This document shows positions 27,091 through 41,037 of a stretch of DNA of 64,000 bases, piece after piece (the first letter of the stretch is position 1; each line of letters begins with the position of its first letter). The DNA comes from the human T2T-CHM13v2.0 reference genome, Homo sapiens. The stretch is from NCBI RefSeq assembly GCF_009914755.1, contig NC_060937.1. One strand, 5' to 3'. The notes beneath the pieces were generated by a model. It searched no databases. It had not been told where the DNA came from and saw only the letters and a program-made list of their open reading frames with translations. The position numbers were made by a program, and so were the translations under genes.

Positions 27091-27231
27091 TCCCTGACAG
27101 GGAGCCTGTGAGCCAGGCAGGAACAGGCTCATCCGTGTCACGCAGGGTCAGTGTTTAGTGCCTCTGTCTTTGGCCGATGAGTGGACTCACACCTCTGGCA
27201 CATGGCCTCATTCACTCCCAGAATAGCAGAA

Positions 27232-27243
27232 GCCACCTGGTGG
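27232..27243 (-). promoter_or_regulatory. Candidate CTCF core motif
   Basis: Minus strand CCACCAGGTGGC matches the 12-bp CTCF core; flanks are suboptimal. Confidence 0.4.
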
Positions 27244-27554
27244 TTGCTGGCGCTGGTCCTCACGCCTTGAATCAGAGCTCTCCTGGAAAGGTCTTCCTTC
27301 AGCTCCTTTCAGTTACATGATTGACATGCTTTTTTCTGGCAGTAAAGCTGGGAATGGAACTCCACAGACTTGAAAAACATTGAATGGTGTCTTGCTGAAA
27401 TTGCTTTTTTTTTTTTCATTTTTAATTCGAAGAAAACAAAAGCCCAAACCTTGCAGTGGAAAAGTCATTAAATAATTTACTGCATTTGCCGTTTTAAGTG
27501 GTAATTTAATACAACCATCCTTGAAGCCTCCTTTAGGACAAAAATTTTGAGATA

Positions 27555-28772
27555 GAAACAAAAAAGGGCACAGTAGCTATACTTATATCAGATAAAATAG
27601 ACTTCAAGCCAAAATCTGTAAAAAGAGACAAGGCCATCCTATAGTAACAAAGAGGTCAATACAGCAAGAGGATATAACAATTGAAAAAAATATCTATATT
27701 CAACATTGAAACACCTAAGTATGTAAAGCAAACATTGAACAGATCTAAAGGGCGAGATAGACTGCAATACACTTGTAGTAGTGTACTTTAACACCCCATT
27801 TTCAGCAACGGACAGATCATCCAGACAGAAAATCAACAAAGAAGCATCAGAATTAAACTGGACTCTAGACCAAATGGACCTAACAGATATTTACAGAAAA
27901 TTCCATCCAATAGTTTCAGAATACACATTCTTCTCAACAGCACACAGAACATTCTCCAGGATAGATTATAAGTTAGCCCACAAAACAAATCTTAACAAAT
28001 TTTCAAAAATCAAAATCAGAATTATATCAAGTATCTTTTCTGACCACACTGGAATAAAACTAGCAATCAATAACAGGAGGAACTTTGGAGAGTGTATAAT
28101 TACATGGAAATTAAACAACATGCTCCTAAACAACCAATGGGTCAACAAGGAAATTTAAAAGGAAATTAAAAAATTTATTAAGACAAATGAAAATGGAAAC
28201 ACAACTTACTAAACCTATACAACAAAAGCAGTTCTAGGAGGGAAGTTCACAGCGATAGATGCTTACGTCGAAGAAGGAGAAAGATCTCAAACAACCTAAT
28301 GTTGCTCCTCAAGGAACTAGAAAAACAAGAACAAATTAAAACCAAGATTAGTATAAGGAAAGAAATAATAAAGATCAGAGCAGAAATGAGCAAAGTAGAG
28401 ACTAAATAAACATTATAAGAGATCAATAAAATGAAGAATTGGCGTTTTGAAAAGATAAAATAGACAAACTGTAAGCTAGACTAACAAAGAAAAAAGAGAC
28501 GACTCAAATAAAATCAGAGATGAAAAAGGAGACATTACAACTGATACCACAGAAATACAAAGGATCATAAAAGACTAGTATGAACAACTATATGCTAACA
28601 AATTGGAAAGCCTGGAAGAAATTAATAAATTCCTGGACACATACAACCTACCAAGATTGAATCATGAAGAAATAGAAAACCTGAACAGACCAATAATGAG
28701 TAATAAGGTTGAATCAGTAATATTTAAAAAGTTTCCTATCAAAGAGAAGCCCAGGACCTAGTGCCTCACTAG
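27555..28772 (+). mobile_element. LINE-1 ORF2 endonuclease-region relic (L1MA/PB-like)
   Basis: ORF 27781-28158: FNTPFSATDRSSRQKINKE...DLTDIYR...YTFFS.AH.TFSRIDY...FSDH.GIKL; many stops and frameshifts. Confidence 0.95.
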
Positions 28773-28887
28773 GGCCCATCCCATAAATGAGAAGTAGCCT
28801 TCCTCCAGCAGAAGGCCATGTTTTCTGGAATCAGGAATCTGGGTAGTATGAGAAGCCAGAAGCTCTCACATATTTTCTGGCAAAACA

Positions 28888-28940
28888 CAGTTGTCTAATG
28901 GCTTTGCAATTCACGCAGTTGTCTAATGACTTTGCAATTC
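28888..28940. repeat. 28-bp-period tandem duplication
   Basis: cagttgtctaatg(g/a)ctttgcaattc twice, one mismatch. Confidence 0.9.
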
Positions 28941-29294
28941 CATGGAGATTAATTTACCTTCAGGGGTAAAATATGGAGACATTTAGAGAGAAAACCAAAT
29001 GCCGATGTTTTAAAGGTAGCCTGAAGCTTTATCAGTGTTGTGTGTGCATAAGATCCTGGTTCAAGGAGATTTGAAAAGACATTTGTGATCTGTGGGATTT
29101 GATGATTTTTCATTCTCTCATTGGCTTTTCAAAATGTACAGCAACTTTTTTCTTTGCAGAGCAGCAGTGAAGCATGTGGCTGTTGTTATTAATGAAAAAC
29201 CTAAATGGATTTATTTCTTAGTTTAATATGTTAATTTCATTCTACATTATTATTATTCCATCTGGTATAAAATCCTCAAGAAACCACTTGTGAT

Positions 29295-29400
29295 CTTTTT
29301 AAAAAAAATTGCAGTAAATACATATAACATGAAATGTACCATCTTAACCATTTTTAAGTATACAGTTCACTGGCATTAAGTACATTCGTATTGTGCTATT
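29295..29400 (-). mobile_element. LINE-1 extreme 3' end (L1MB-like)
   Basis: 'accatcttaaccatttttaagtatacagttca..ggcattaagtacattc'. Confidence 0.8.
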
Positions 29401-29699
29401 TGTTACAATTTTGCCCTTCCTCCTACCCCCACCCTCATCAGTCTGGACTCACGTAATGGTCACAGAAGACTCTGTTGACTAATTGATATTTCTACTCGTG
29501 CCATTCTAACTCTATTGGAGGATATCACACCTTTGTCCTGTGAGGGTCTCTCCTCCATTTGAACAGTAATACCACCAAACACTTTAATTTCAGCCAACCT
29601 CCCACAGCACTATGGTGAATAATATGTTTATCTCTAATTTATAGTCATTCTTCTTTACACGAAGACTACAGAAGAAAAGTTATAAGAGGGGAAGGAGCC

Positions 29700-29900
29700 A
29701 GTGTTTATTGGATAGCACTGTGCTCCTTTTATGCTAAGCAATTTACAGATCTCATCTATTTACTGTTTTCAGGTATCCTTTACCATAAGTGGTATTATCT
29801 CCTTTTAGCAGATGAGAAAATTGTGGCCCAGAGAGATTAGGTAACAAGGTCACACAACTGGGATTGAACTCCATGTTCAAATGAATCCAAAATCCAACAT
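29700..29900 (-). mobile_element. MIR SINE
   Basis: 'cagatgagaaaattgtggcccagagagattaggtaacaaggtcacaca'. Confidence 0.7.
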
Positions 29901-31288
29901 GGTACGTGGGCTAAGAGGAAAAGAACTCAGAAAGACAGGAAGATTCTAGGAGGGAGACGGGAACAGCGAATGAGTGAGGAAGTGAGTAAAAGAAAGAGAA
30001 TGCTGGTCTCCCTTTCTAAAATCAACATCATTAACTCTGCTCTTAACAGCGCTAACAGGGTCTTTAGCTGACTGGGCTGCTTTCTTAAGAAGAGTCCTCA
30101 CAGAAAGGGCTTTGGGCCCTCCTCTCCCCCACTGGGAATCTGATTACACACATCACAGGTTACTTTGATCACTGGCATTCTTCTGCTCAAAGGATCACTC
30201 AGAGCTGCAGGCAGAGTTTCTGACTCTGCCCCAAATTAAAACACCAACTATTTGTCAAGATAGACTTTTCTTAACCAACCATCTCCAAGTATTGGAATGT
30301 CTCTGTCTAGTTGAAAATGCCCCCCAGGGAGTTACCATGGCAATCCCTGTCTGCAGAATGGCAGGATCAAATCCTTAAAAGAGACTTCCAAATTGGTGTG
30401 GCCACTTGCAGCCAGAGGCCCACACTGGGTTTTGCTGTGGGTATCTATCTGATGACCCTAGTCTAAGGCATGACAATCCAGGAGTCAAACTCAAAGTTAC
30501 CGAAGACATGTGAAGCATCTCCCTCAGCCTCAGGAGTGGGTTTGCAGGGTCTTTATCAGGCTGTGCTTATTTTCCTCTGTCTTTGCCCCATCTTCCAAAT
30601 TCAAAGTCAAACACTTAAAAGATTTATCTGTTATAGAAATGGACTGGCATGCAAGCTAGTGAAGAGGTAGCTTGCTCAATGAAGGCAGATAAAAGAAGAT
30701 AAAAACATTTGAAGATTTGAAAATTGGAATTTGTTTTTGATAAAGAAAGATAATTTTCAAGAGATCTCAATAATTGTGCCTGTGGGGGTTTTTTGTTTTT
30801 GTTTTAAAAAATGGAATAGAAATGTAAACAGCAAAGAGGTTTGAAATGCATAGTTTGACACAGGCAAGTTTCAAAATTATACGCCCTCCAGCAAGTCAGT
30901 CTTATGCCAGGTTTTGATAAGTGCCGTGATCCATATAAAGGGGACATACAACATACCTTAGCATTTAAAAGATGTACAAGGTCAGTTACATGTGCGTGTA
31001 GGGTTTGTAGATGTGTGCAGAAAGATCTGTAAATGTTACAGAAGCATTAGGCTTTCCAATCCTCTTTTTGTAATATCTTGTTACATTGTTATTTTCCTTG
31101 GCTCTAACCACCCAGGAAGATTCCACAAAAGTCCATTCATCTCTTTCTTCCATCCCCTCTGCCTGATCTCTCTGGCCATCATAGTCTGACGCCACAGCAG
31201 GAAAAATTTAGACCCCAGCTATAAGGGACTTGGGAGCCCCAGACTCTTGGAAAATTCAGAAGAATGAAATACTTTTGTCATAGGATGG

Positions 31289-31728
31289 TGTATTAGTTTC
31301 CCAGGGTGGCTTAAAAAAACCAAGAATATATTCTGTCATAGTTCTCAAAGCCAGAAGTCCAAAATCCAGATGTCAGCAGGATTGGCTCCTTCCGGAGGTT
31401 TGAGGGACATTCCTTCCTGTACATCTCTCCTAGCTTCCGGTGGCGTCTGGCGCTCATTGGGTTCTTTGTCTTGCAGATGGGTCATCCCAATCTCTGCCTC
31501 CATCTTCATGCAGTGTTCTCCCTGTGTGTGTCTGTGTCTCTTCTCTTCTTCTTATATGGACTCCAGTCATATTGGATTAGGGTCTCCCCTAATCCAGGAT
31601 GACCTCATCTTAACTTGATTGGTTACATTTGCAAAGATCTTATTTCCAAATAAGGTAACATGCACAAGTAGGGGGTGAGGTTAGGATCCCAACATATCTT
31701 TATGTGAGACACAGTTCAAACTACAGCA
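31289..31728 (-). mobile_element. MaLR solo LTR (MLT1C-like)
   Basis: 'tgtattagtttccc', 'ccagtcatattggattaggg', 'atttccaaataaggt'. Confidence 0.85.
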
Positions 31729-31930
31729 GTTGGATTCCTCCTAAAATGGACCCTGAGACAAACATTTGAATGCAAATAGCTTATTGGTGAGGAGGTCTCA
31801 GGAAGCACTGGGAAATAAGTGGGGAAATGAGAAAGGGAAGAGGAGGAAGCCAACCAGTACAGAGTGGAATAACAAGTATCTGAGCACACAGCAAGATACC
31901 CAGCACCAGAGCACAGGGGCAGAGTCACAG
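31729..31930 (-). mobile_element. Old ERVL LTR fragment (LTR33/LTR16-like)
   Basis: 'gaccctgagacaaacatttgaatgcaaatagcttattgg...caggaagcac'. Confidence 0.5.
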
Positions 31931-33600
31931 GAGTCCTGTTGGCAGTAGACAGTCATCATATCTGGGGCTAGTGAGGGCCGTGGACTACCAAGAACATCCA
32001 CTCCAACTTCAGGTGCTCAAAAGAGAATTCTTTTTTGTTGAGAATAAGGAATTTTTATTGTAAATCACCTCAATTCTTTTTTAAATGTTGGCAGGTAACA
32101 TTGTTTAATAAATTACAAGTAAGATATTTTACTCCAAAATCATTTTCTTTGAATATTGCCCAGCTATAGAGCATCACAAATAATTTAAAATTAATAATTG
32201 CGTTATCTGCAGTTTAAAATAACCTTGTCCCTATGTCATATCTTTCCATCTTCACTGAGTTTGATTTTCAGTCCTATGCCTTCCTCTCCTCAGTCCATGC
32301 CCATCCAGGTAAATTTCTATTCTGTCTTCAAGACCAAATTGTATCTCACCATTGACCATGAGCTCCACCCAGTCATCCATACTACAGATCCTTGTACATA
32401 GTAATTACTCTATAAGTGTTTGATGAATGAGTGAATAAGTGAATCAATGTAGGATCACTGATTGTTTCAAGCTCTCCATCCCACACAACTTTAGAGCAGC
32501 ACTCTAACAACATTACTGTGCAATTCATTATACTTCAAAATGTGTCATAAACTAGGATATACTTTATATTCACATGAATACCTTGAAAATACTTACTAAC
32601 AATTTGTTCAGGTGTCACTGAAAAGGCCATTACATGACTGATTTTTCTTCCTACAATGCGATTTGCTTTGATTTGCCACCGCGTGGCTCTTTCCTCAGGG
32701 TCTGTCAGTATTCCGTTCACAGCTTCTTCTCTTTGACTCCAGGTCTGCTTGCTGCCTTTCCTCCAAAGAGGAAAGCCTGTCACCTGTCATCTCTCAGTAG
32801 GCTGGAATCTTGGTGATTCTAGAGCCCAGCATGCAGCAGCCCTGCTCTGCGTGCTGCAATTCTAATGCTCCCTTATGCAGAAGTGGGGATGATGTGAAGC
32901 TCTTTTCCAATATCATAATTCTTGTTTGGATTCTAATCCACACAAGATTAACCTTTTCTGGATTTCTGCAGGAGCTGAGGAACATCTAAAACACAAGCCA
33001 TTTGTCTTTAAATTATCCAATTTTATGATCATAAATTCACCTATGATTCTATGAAATGCAATGCTACTACCAGAACCAATTCTAGAAGAAACATCATTCT
33101 TGGTTTCTCCTTCATTATTATTGCCTATATTATCAACACTGTCAACACCAATAACATTTGTCAAGCACCAAAACAGTGTGAGCTGTTTTCCTTGGGGCTA
33201 GAGGAGAAGAGGCAACATCACCTTTTAAACTTGGAGCTTAAAATCTATTGCACTGGCATTTTTTACAGGCATTTTTTGAGCATCCACCCAACTATTTAAT
33301 AAATAGTGATTGCAGGCCTACTGCCGTAAGACTGCAATGGTGAACAAGACCCAGCTCCCCATGAATGTCCATAATGACAGTATTCATCATAGCCAAAAGC
33401 TGGAAACAATCCAAGTGGCCATCAGCAAATGAATCATTAAACAAAATGTGGTGTGTGCGCGTGCACACACACACACAAACACACACACACACCAGAATAT
33501 TACTCAGCTATAAAAAAGGATGATGTCCTGATACACATTACAACGTGAATGAAGCTTGAAAACATATGCTAAATGAAGGAAGTCAATCACAAAAGATCAC

Positions 33601-34338
<738 letters not shown>

Positions 34339-35439
34339 GTCACATATTAAAGATTCCCCTTATATCCAAAATAGGTAAATCTGTAGAGACAGAACACAGG
34401 GGCTGGGAGGAGGGCAGTATAGATAATGACTGCTTAATAGGCATGGAATTTCTTCTTGGCGCAATGAAAATGTTTTGGAGCTGGCTAGAGGTGGTGGTTG
34501 CACAGCAGTGTGAAGGTACTAAGTGCCACTGAATTGTGCAATTTAAAACGGTTAATTTTATGTTGTGTGAATTTCACCAAAATAAACATAAATTTTTTAA
34601 GATCTAATTTTTATTCCTCATAGTGCATTATTTTCAGTTTAATGTCTAGAGTTGTATGGGCATTCAAAGAATCTATAATGTAATGGAGGAGACAGACAAC
34701 AATCTAGAAATGGAGGCAATAATTTCAATATCATTGAGAGCTTTAAAGCAGAAAAGTACATGAAAACTATTCATGGATAAAAGCTGGACGAGGAATAATA
34801 GAGAATTTAGGCACCGTGGTGTTCATGCCTCATGGCCTTAGCCCCTTAATTAACAGAGGGTTTTCTTTGTTTTTTTTGGGGGGGGGCGCGGGGTGGGGGT
34901 TTAGCAGCCACCAACCAAGTTGATGGAGGAAGAGAGAAATAAAATGATGATGGAGGCACAGATTCTGCCTGCCCTCAATCCCACCTGCTGTCCACTGACA
35001 TTCTAATGAGGGACAGAAACCTGCCCACAGGCAACTGGAAAATGAGGTAAAATAGTCAATGCTCTGGGAGGAAGGAGACATCAAGCTCCGTGCAAGCCCA
35101 GGAGGAAGGGAAGTCATCTCCATCCAAGAGAAGGAACCACTGTCTACTCATGCAGGGCTGATGGTACATGCCAGGGCTCTGTGCCCCAAAGGCTGTTCTG
35201 AAAAGAAATTCATCCCATCAGTAAAGGAGGCCAGTTATGCGTGTGGCAAATTATTTTCCAGTTAGATCAGCAGCCTGTGGAGAATTTAGGACATGCTCAA
35301 AGTGCCAGCTGATTCTGGTCTCCTTCTTAGTTTTCTCTCCCCAAGAGTTGCCCATCTGGCTTCCCATATTCTTTGGGGTTGGGTGTTGAAGGTGGGAAGC
35401 ATCAAGGACAAGGAAACTCTATTTCTGGGTTTTGCTCTC

Positions 35440-35660
35440 AGCCGGGACAGGTGCTCAATGTTTCATTTACAGTATCTCTCACAGTCATCCTTTGAAATAG
35501 GGATTATGACCATCCCTCTTTTGCAGATGAGGCCCGGAAAAGTTCAGTGATTTGCTCAAATTCCACAGTCTTTTGACCTTTTGGTAATGAAATCAGGATT
35601 GGAACCAAGGCCTGTCTGATAGTCCAGGCTCTGCTCTGTGTACTTCACCCTACAGCCTCC
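35440..35660 (-). mobile_element. MIR SINE
   Basis: 'ttttgcagatgaggcc...gtgatttgctcaa...ggattggaaccaaggcctgtctga'. Confidence 0.65.
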
Positions 35661-35924
35661 CAGTTTGGCTAAGAATCAACACTATCGGGCATAAACCTTA
35701 ATTAGGAGAAGTTTCCAGTTGAAAACATGAAAGGAAAAATTAGTGTGAAGCTGGAAATGTTAAGGACCAGTAGTTTAAAACATCATGCACAGCAGACGTC
35801 GTAATTCCCTGGGTGACTGAGGCTGACTCCATTGAGACCTCAGCTCTCCTTCCTATGATAGGGTCCAACTTGACCTTAGGGTCAGGTTGCAGTGGATCAG
35901 AAGCCAGGAGCCTGGGGGAGGGGA

Positions 35925-36520
35925 GGGAGAGTCAATTCAGCCCTCAGCTAGATCATGTCTGACCTTTTAATGTTTTTGTTTTGTTTTTTTGTTCTGTTTT
36001 GTTTTGAGACAATGTTTCACTCCCATCACCCAGGCTGGAGTGCGGTGGCCGGATCACGGCTCACTGCAGCCTTGACTTCCTGGGCTCAGGTGATTCTCCT
36101 GCCTCAGCCTCCTGAGTAGCTGGGACTACAGGAGCATGCCACCACACCTGGCTAATTTTTTGTATTTTTAGTAGAGACGGGGTTTCACCATGTTGCCCAG
36201 GTTAGTCTTGAACTGCTGGGCTAAAGCAATTAGCCTGCCTTGGCCTCCGTGCTGGGATTACAGGCATGAGCCATTGCACCTGGCCTTATTTTTTTTCTTC
36301 AAAAATTTTTTTAGCATTTTTGAACTTGAACCCAGTGTTAACAATTCAGGAGATTTTACATAAAATACTGATTTCTGCCTCCTTTTGACAAACGACATTG
36401 GACCTGTGCTCCTAAGCATTCTGCAGGAGTTGGGCAGCAGTGCTTCAGTTGGGTGGGCTCCCTTCCCCGCAGGATCTGCCTAGCTCCCTGTGCATCTGTG
36501 ACCTTGGTTGCCACCTGAAC
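35925..36520. mobile_element. hAT-Charlie MER102-like element, interrupted by an Alu
   Basis: 'caggagattttacataaaatactgatttctgcctccttttgacaaa'. Confidence 0.5.
35971..36285 (-). mobile_element. AluJ
   Basis: J-type 'cactgcagccttgacttcctgggctcagg'; (TTTTG)n tail. Confidence 0.95.
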
Positions 36521-38057
36521 TCATGCCCTCAGCCCAGAGCCGAGGCCTCAGGGGAGGCGTCTGATGAAGAAGGAGCAAATTGTATGCAGACCTGAGTTCA
36601 CTCTGCTGTAAGGAAAAGGCCAGAATTGACATTTTTAAAATTCAGTATCGTCTAATAATAAAACTCTGTATTTACTGAGAGCTGTGCTTCTGAGAGCACC
36701 AGGCTTTGTACAAACATCACTCTGGAATGACAACAGAGGCTCGGGGAAGTGAGAAGGTGACTTGGACTAGGATCTCCATAGTTAAAAGAAACAGGCATAA
36801 AGGAAAAGTGGCCTGCTCCAGGCAGGATACAGAGAGGCCAAAGCATCATGACGTGAATTCAAAGAACAAATCTTTGCTGAGCACAGACACGTAACAGGCA
36901 CTGCAGCAGGCAACGAACAAGACAGTCTCTGCCCTGCGGTGCCTCTGCTTCCCAGGTCTTGCGCTCAGTTCTCTACTCCTTGACCACAAAAGAGATGAGG
37001 GAGGAAGGCCGCCTCTGTCCCTTCCCACAGGTCCACACTCCTCTCATGTTCACCCTCTTTATCTCAGGCTCTTGCATCTGTGATCTTTGGTGCACCCTAG
37101 TCCTCCTGAAACTTGTCCAGCAGCTGGGGCCCTGCTCATCCTCTGGCCTTAGTCCAGACACCACCTGCTCTGTGAAGCAATGATTGTATTGTTTTATATA
37201 AGTCTTTTTCTCTCTTCCCGCTGGGCTGTTCCCTCCATGGGAGGAGGGAGCATATTTGATAGGGAGGCATCTCTATTTTCCTGGCTGTGTTTCCAGGTGG
37301 AAGGGCTTCAGCCAGAACATTCCTGCCAACCCTACCCTGCCCCCAACATTAACTCCTTCTTTGAAGAAGAGTAACTGACGTATCTAGCTGATGAGCTGAA
37401 ATGCCTGGTGCACTGGGCTCTGCCCTTTCTCTCTGTCTCTAATCTGGCTGCCCGTGGAGGAGGCAGCATATGCCCATCAGCCCTCAGCCTCATAGCAAGC
37501 TCCCTGGACACACTCAGCCCTTTTGGGGAGGACACTCAAGTGGTCTGGCTCTGCAGTAATGGATTGGACAAGCTTGTGAAGTAATGGGAGGTGGAACATC
37601 TAAACCACATCCTTCAATCCATTTTTACCAGTAATAAAGCTGGTATTTTAATCTTCCTCCTTCAGACTCCTGAATATCTCTCCACTGGTTTCAAACTCAG
37701 AGGATGATGACAGGAGTGTGATTTCTTTCTCCCTTAGAACTCTACTAGGGTCTCCTTATCGCTTCTATCCTCATGACTAGTGCGGGGCCTGGTACATAAT
37801 ATAGGCGCTTGCAATCTGTTGGATAATAAATTAGTCCAAGATTCTGGGATGGGAGGCCCCTACTTTCCTTCCCCACTGTAGGAAAAGTGCAAAGCACACC
37901 CACTGTCATGCAACACTGGGTACACGGGATTTCCAGGCAGGGGTAGGGCAAGGGTGGGGCAGGAGGCGCCTCCCAGGCTGAAGTATGAGGGTCTTCTAGC
38001 TTTGATAAGATTATGTATGGAAATGGAATTGTTCCAGCCCAGGGCAAAGACCAGTAA

Positions 38058-38396
<339 letters not shown>

Positions 38397-39322
38397 GAAG
38401 TTTAATTCTTTTGAGGGAAATGGAAATAACGGTCAAGTTTTTCTTTAAAAAGCACTCATCTGTCTAACTCAAAAGCAGCAAATGTTGAACACAGGATGCA
38501 ACCAGATTTCAAAAGATAAGTCCCCTCACGTTTGTCTTCCTCCCTCCATCAACAGAGTCAGAACAAGAGAAGCCCTGGCTGTAAGGAGATGAGAAACTTC
38601 ATGGGAGATGCCAGTGGCCAGAAGTCAGGTGTAAATTTTAATGTGGTCCAGGCAGAGGAGATCAGTGAAGCTGGGAGAGTTTGCATAACCCCCAGGCAAT
38701 GACAAAAGTTAAAAAAAAAGTTTGTTTGCTTGTTTGTTTGTTTAAAGCATGAAAATAACAAGGGAACATAATAGAGATCTGAAGACCTCCACCCACAGCA
38801 CAGAGGAGCAGAATGTGGAATTTTCGGCAGGAAAGTAAACAGAAAATAATGTGAAATTTAAAATGAATTGACAAAATAAGTAGCCCATAATCATCATATA
38901 TTTCTGTTGTCTTGGTGCTAGAGCGGCATTGACTCCTAGATCTAAATCTTCTGTGGGGCAGGGGCTGCCAAGGTTAGGGAGCAGGAGGTGGCAGGGCTGC
39001 TGGATGGAAAAAAGCCCACGCAGACAGGGACCCACTGATGAAACTCAGGTCTCTTCCAGATACGTTCCCACAGCTTTCTGCTCTTTTGGTTGTGGCAACT
39101 CCGTGTGGTAAGAGGTGGGGTTGCTGCCAATTCATGCCCAGTTATAAATGTTGGCTTTGCCACTCACCCAGTTGTGATGTTTAGCAAGTCCCTCAGTTTC
39201 CCCATTTGTAAAATGAGGATAATTGCATCTATTATCTCAGAAATTGTTACACAAATTATGTAACCTAAACTAATACTATGTGCCACAACCTAAGAACATT
39301 TTATCACCTTATGGATCCAGAA

Positions 39323-39380
39323 ATTCCATCTTGTCAAAAAAAGATTCCATCTTGTCAAAAAAAGATTCCCTCTTGTCAAA
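39323..39380. repeat. 21-bp minisatellite, about 2.8 copies
   Basis: attccatcttgtcaaaaaaag twice, then attccctcttgtcaaa. Confidence 0.95.
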
Positions 39381-39619
39381 GACTTGTAGTTCTCTTAGGA
39401 AGGGTAAATTCAGGAAGTCCTAATAATCAACAGTACAGATTGCTTCCTCTCTCTCTCTCTGTCTACCTTGTGTATGTTTTCAGTTTTTAGTTCCCGGCTG
39501 TCTTAGTCCATTCAGGAAGCAAAACCTTTCAGGGATGGGCCACAGCGTAGCCCTAAAGTGAATTACGATAACGTGATAGTAATGCTTTCATTAATTAGCC
39601 GTTCATCTGTTTCAGGCAT

Positions 39620-39760
39620 GAGATAACCCTCTCAACAGTGAGAGAGATGCTGTTATCATTCTCCTTTTGCACATGAGGAAACTGAGGCCCAGAGAGGTTC
39701 TGTAGCTCGCTTCAGGTCTCATACCTAGTAAGTTCTGTCAAGTCCAGCCCTGCTGGGCGT
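39620..39760 (-). mobile_element. MIR SINE
   Basis: 'atgaggaaactgaggcccagagaggtt'. Confidence 0.8.
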
Positions 39761-40680
39761 ATGCCCTGCCTTCATCTCCCTGTGCCCTCCTTCCTATCTC
39801 CCTCAACTGCATTCCTAGCTGGGACTGGGAGGAGAGCATAAAAGATAAAAAGAGAAGCCAGTGGAAAGACCCAGGAACACTGGGGTGGCCTCCCTGGGTC
39901 TCATCCTCTCTGCTTCATGGTCCCCTCTGCATAACAGAGATATGGGCCTCCTAGGACTGTCATGAGAATTAAATGAGGTAATTACAGAATGTGCTTGCCA
40001 GGGTGCATGGCATGTATTCAGCATTCAATAGATGTTGGCTGTTATGATCATTATTGGCTTTGTCCTCTCAACCAGAGCATGCCTAGAGGGAGAAAGAGAG
40101 AAAGAAGCAACAGGAGGAAGGAGGAGGGGGAATAGGAGGAAAGGGGAGTAGGGGAGGGAGGAGGGAGGAGGCAGAGGAGGGCACTACCCTTGATCATTAG
40201 CACCCTGTACTCAGATCTTAGCAGACTCTCGTCTCAGAGATACATGGGGGTGATTGCTTGAATCTGCTAAAAGAAATAACTAGTGCTTGTGGTCACCAGA
40301 TTAAACAGCTAATCATGGCTCTGCATCTGTGATTATAAAGGAGCGAAAGCTGCTCAGAATGGAGAGCTTGTTAGGTAAGAATTGAATGAGCGTTAGTCAC
40401 TTCTAGAGGCAAAACTTGCAATGAACATCAGAAGCTGTTGTGTCTTATGCATGAATCAAGCAATGTCTTATGAGGGTTTATTCTTTTTAAGTATCCAAGG
40501 CCAAACCTCAAATGTCTTAAAAATGAGGACCCAGGATAAAAAATGAATCTGAAACATAACAGGTTATTATTCAGTTCAAAAGACTGGCCTCTGGCTTCAG
40601 CTACTAATTAAAGTGTTTAAAATACTTTTTTCCTCTCTCTTTCTCTCCCTTATGTATATTTTTAGTTTTTGTTTTGCAAC

Positions 40681-41037
40681 TGCCCTAGTCGATTCAGGCT
40701 GCTATAATAAAATACCTTAGACTGGGTAATTTATAAACAATGAAATTTACTTCTCATAGTTCCAGAGGCTGGGAAGTTCAAGATCAAGGCGCCAGTGGGT
40801 TCAGTGTCTGGTGAGAGCCTATTCCTCGTAGATGGCAACTTCGATGTGTCCTCACATGGTGGAAGGGGCAAAAAGAATTCCTCAAGCCTCTTTTATAAGG
40901 TCACTAATCCCATCCAGAAGGGCTGCACTCTCATGACCTAGTCCACCTCCCAAAAGCCCCATCTCTTACTACAAATACATTGGGGATTAGATTTCAACTT
41001 ATGAATTTGGGAGCCACACCAGTAGCAGATCATAGCA
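40681..41037 (-). mobile_element. MaLR solo LTR (MLT1A-like)
   Basis: 'ggctgctataataaaataccttagactgggtaatttataaacaa', 'ggctgggaagttcaagatcaaggcgcca', ends 'catagca'. Confidence 0.9.
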
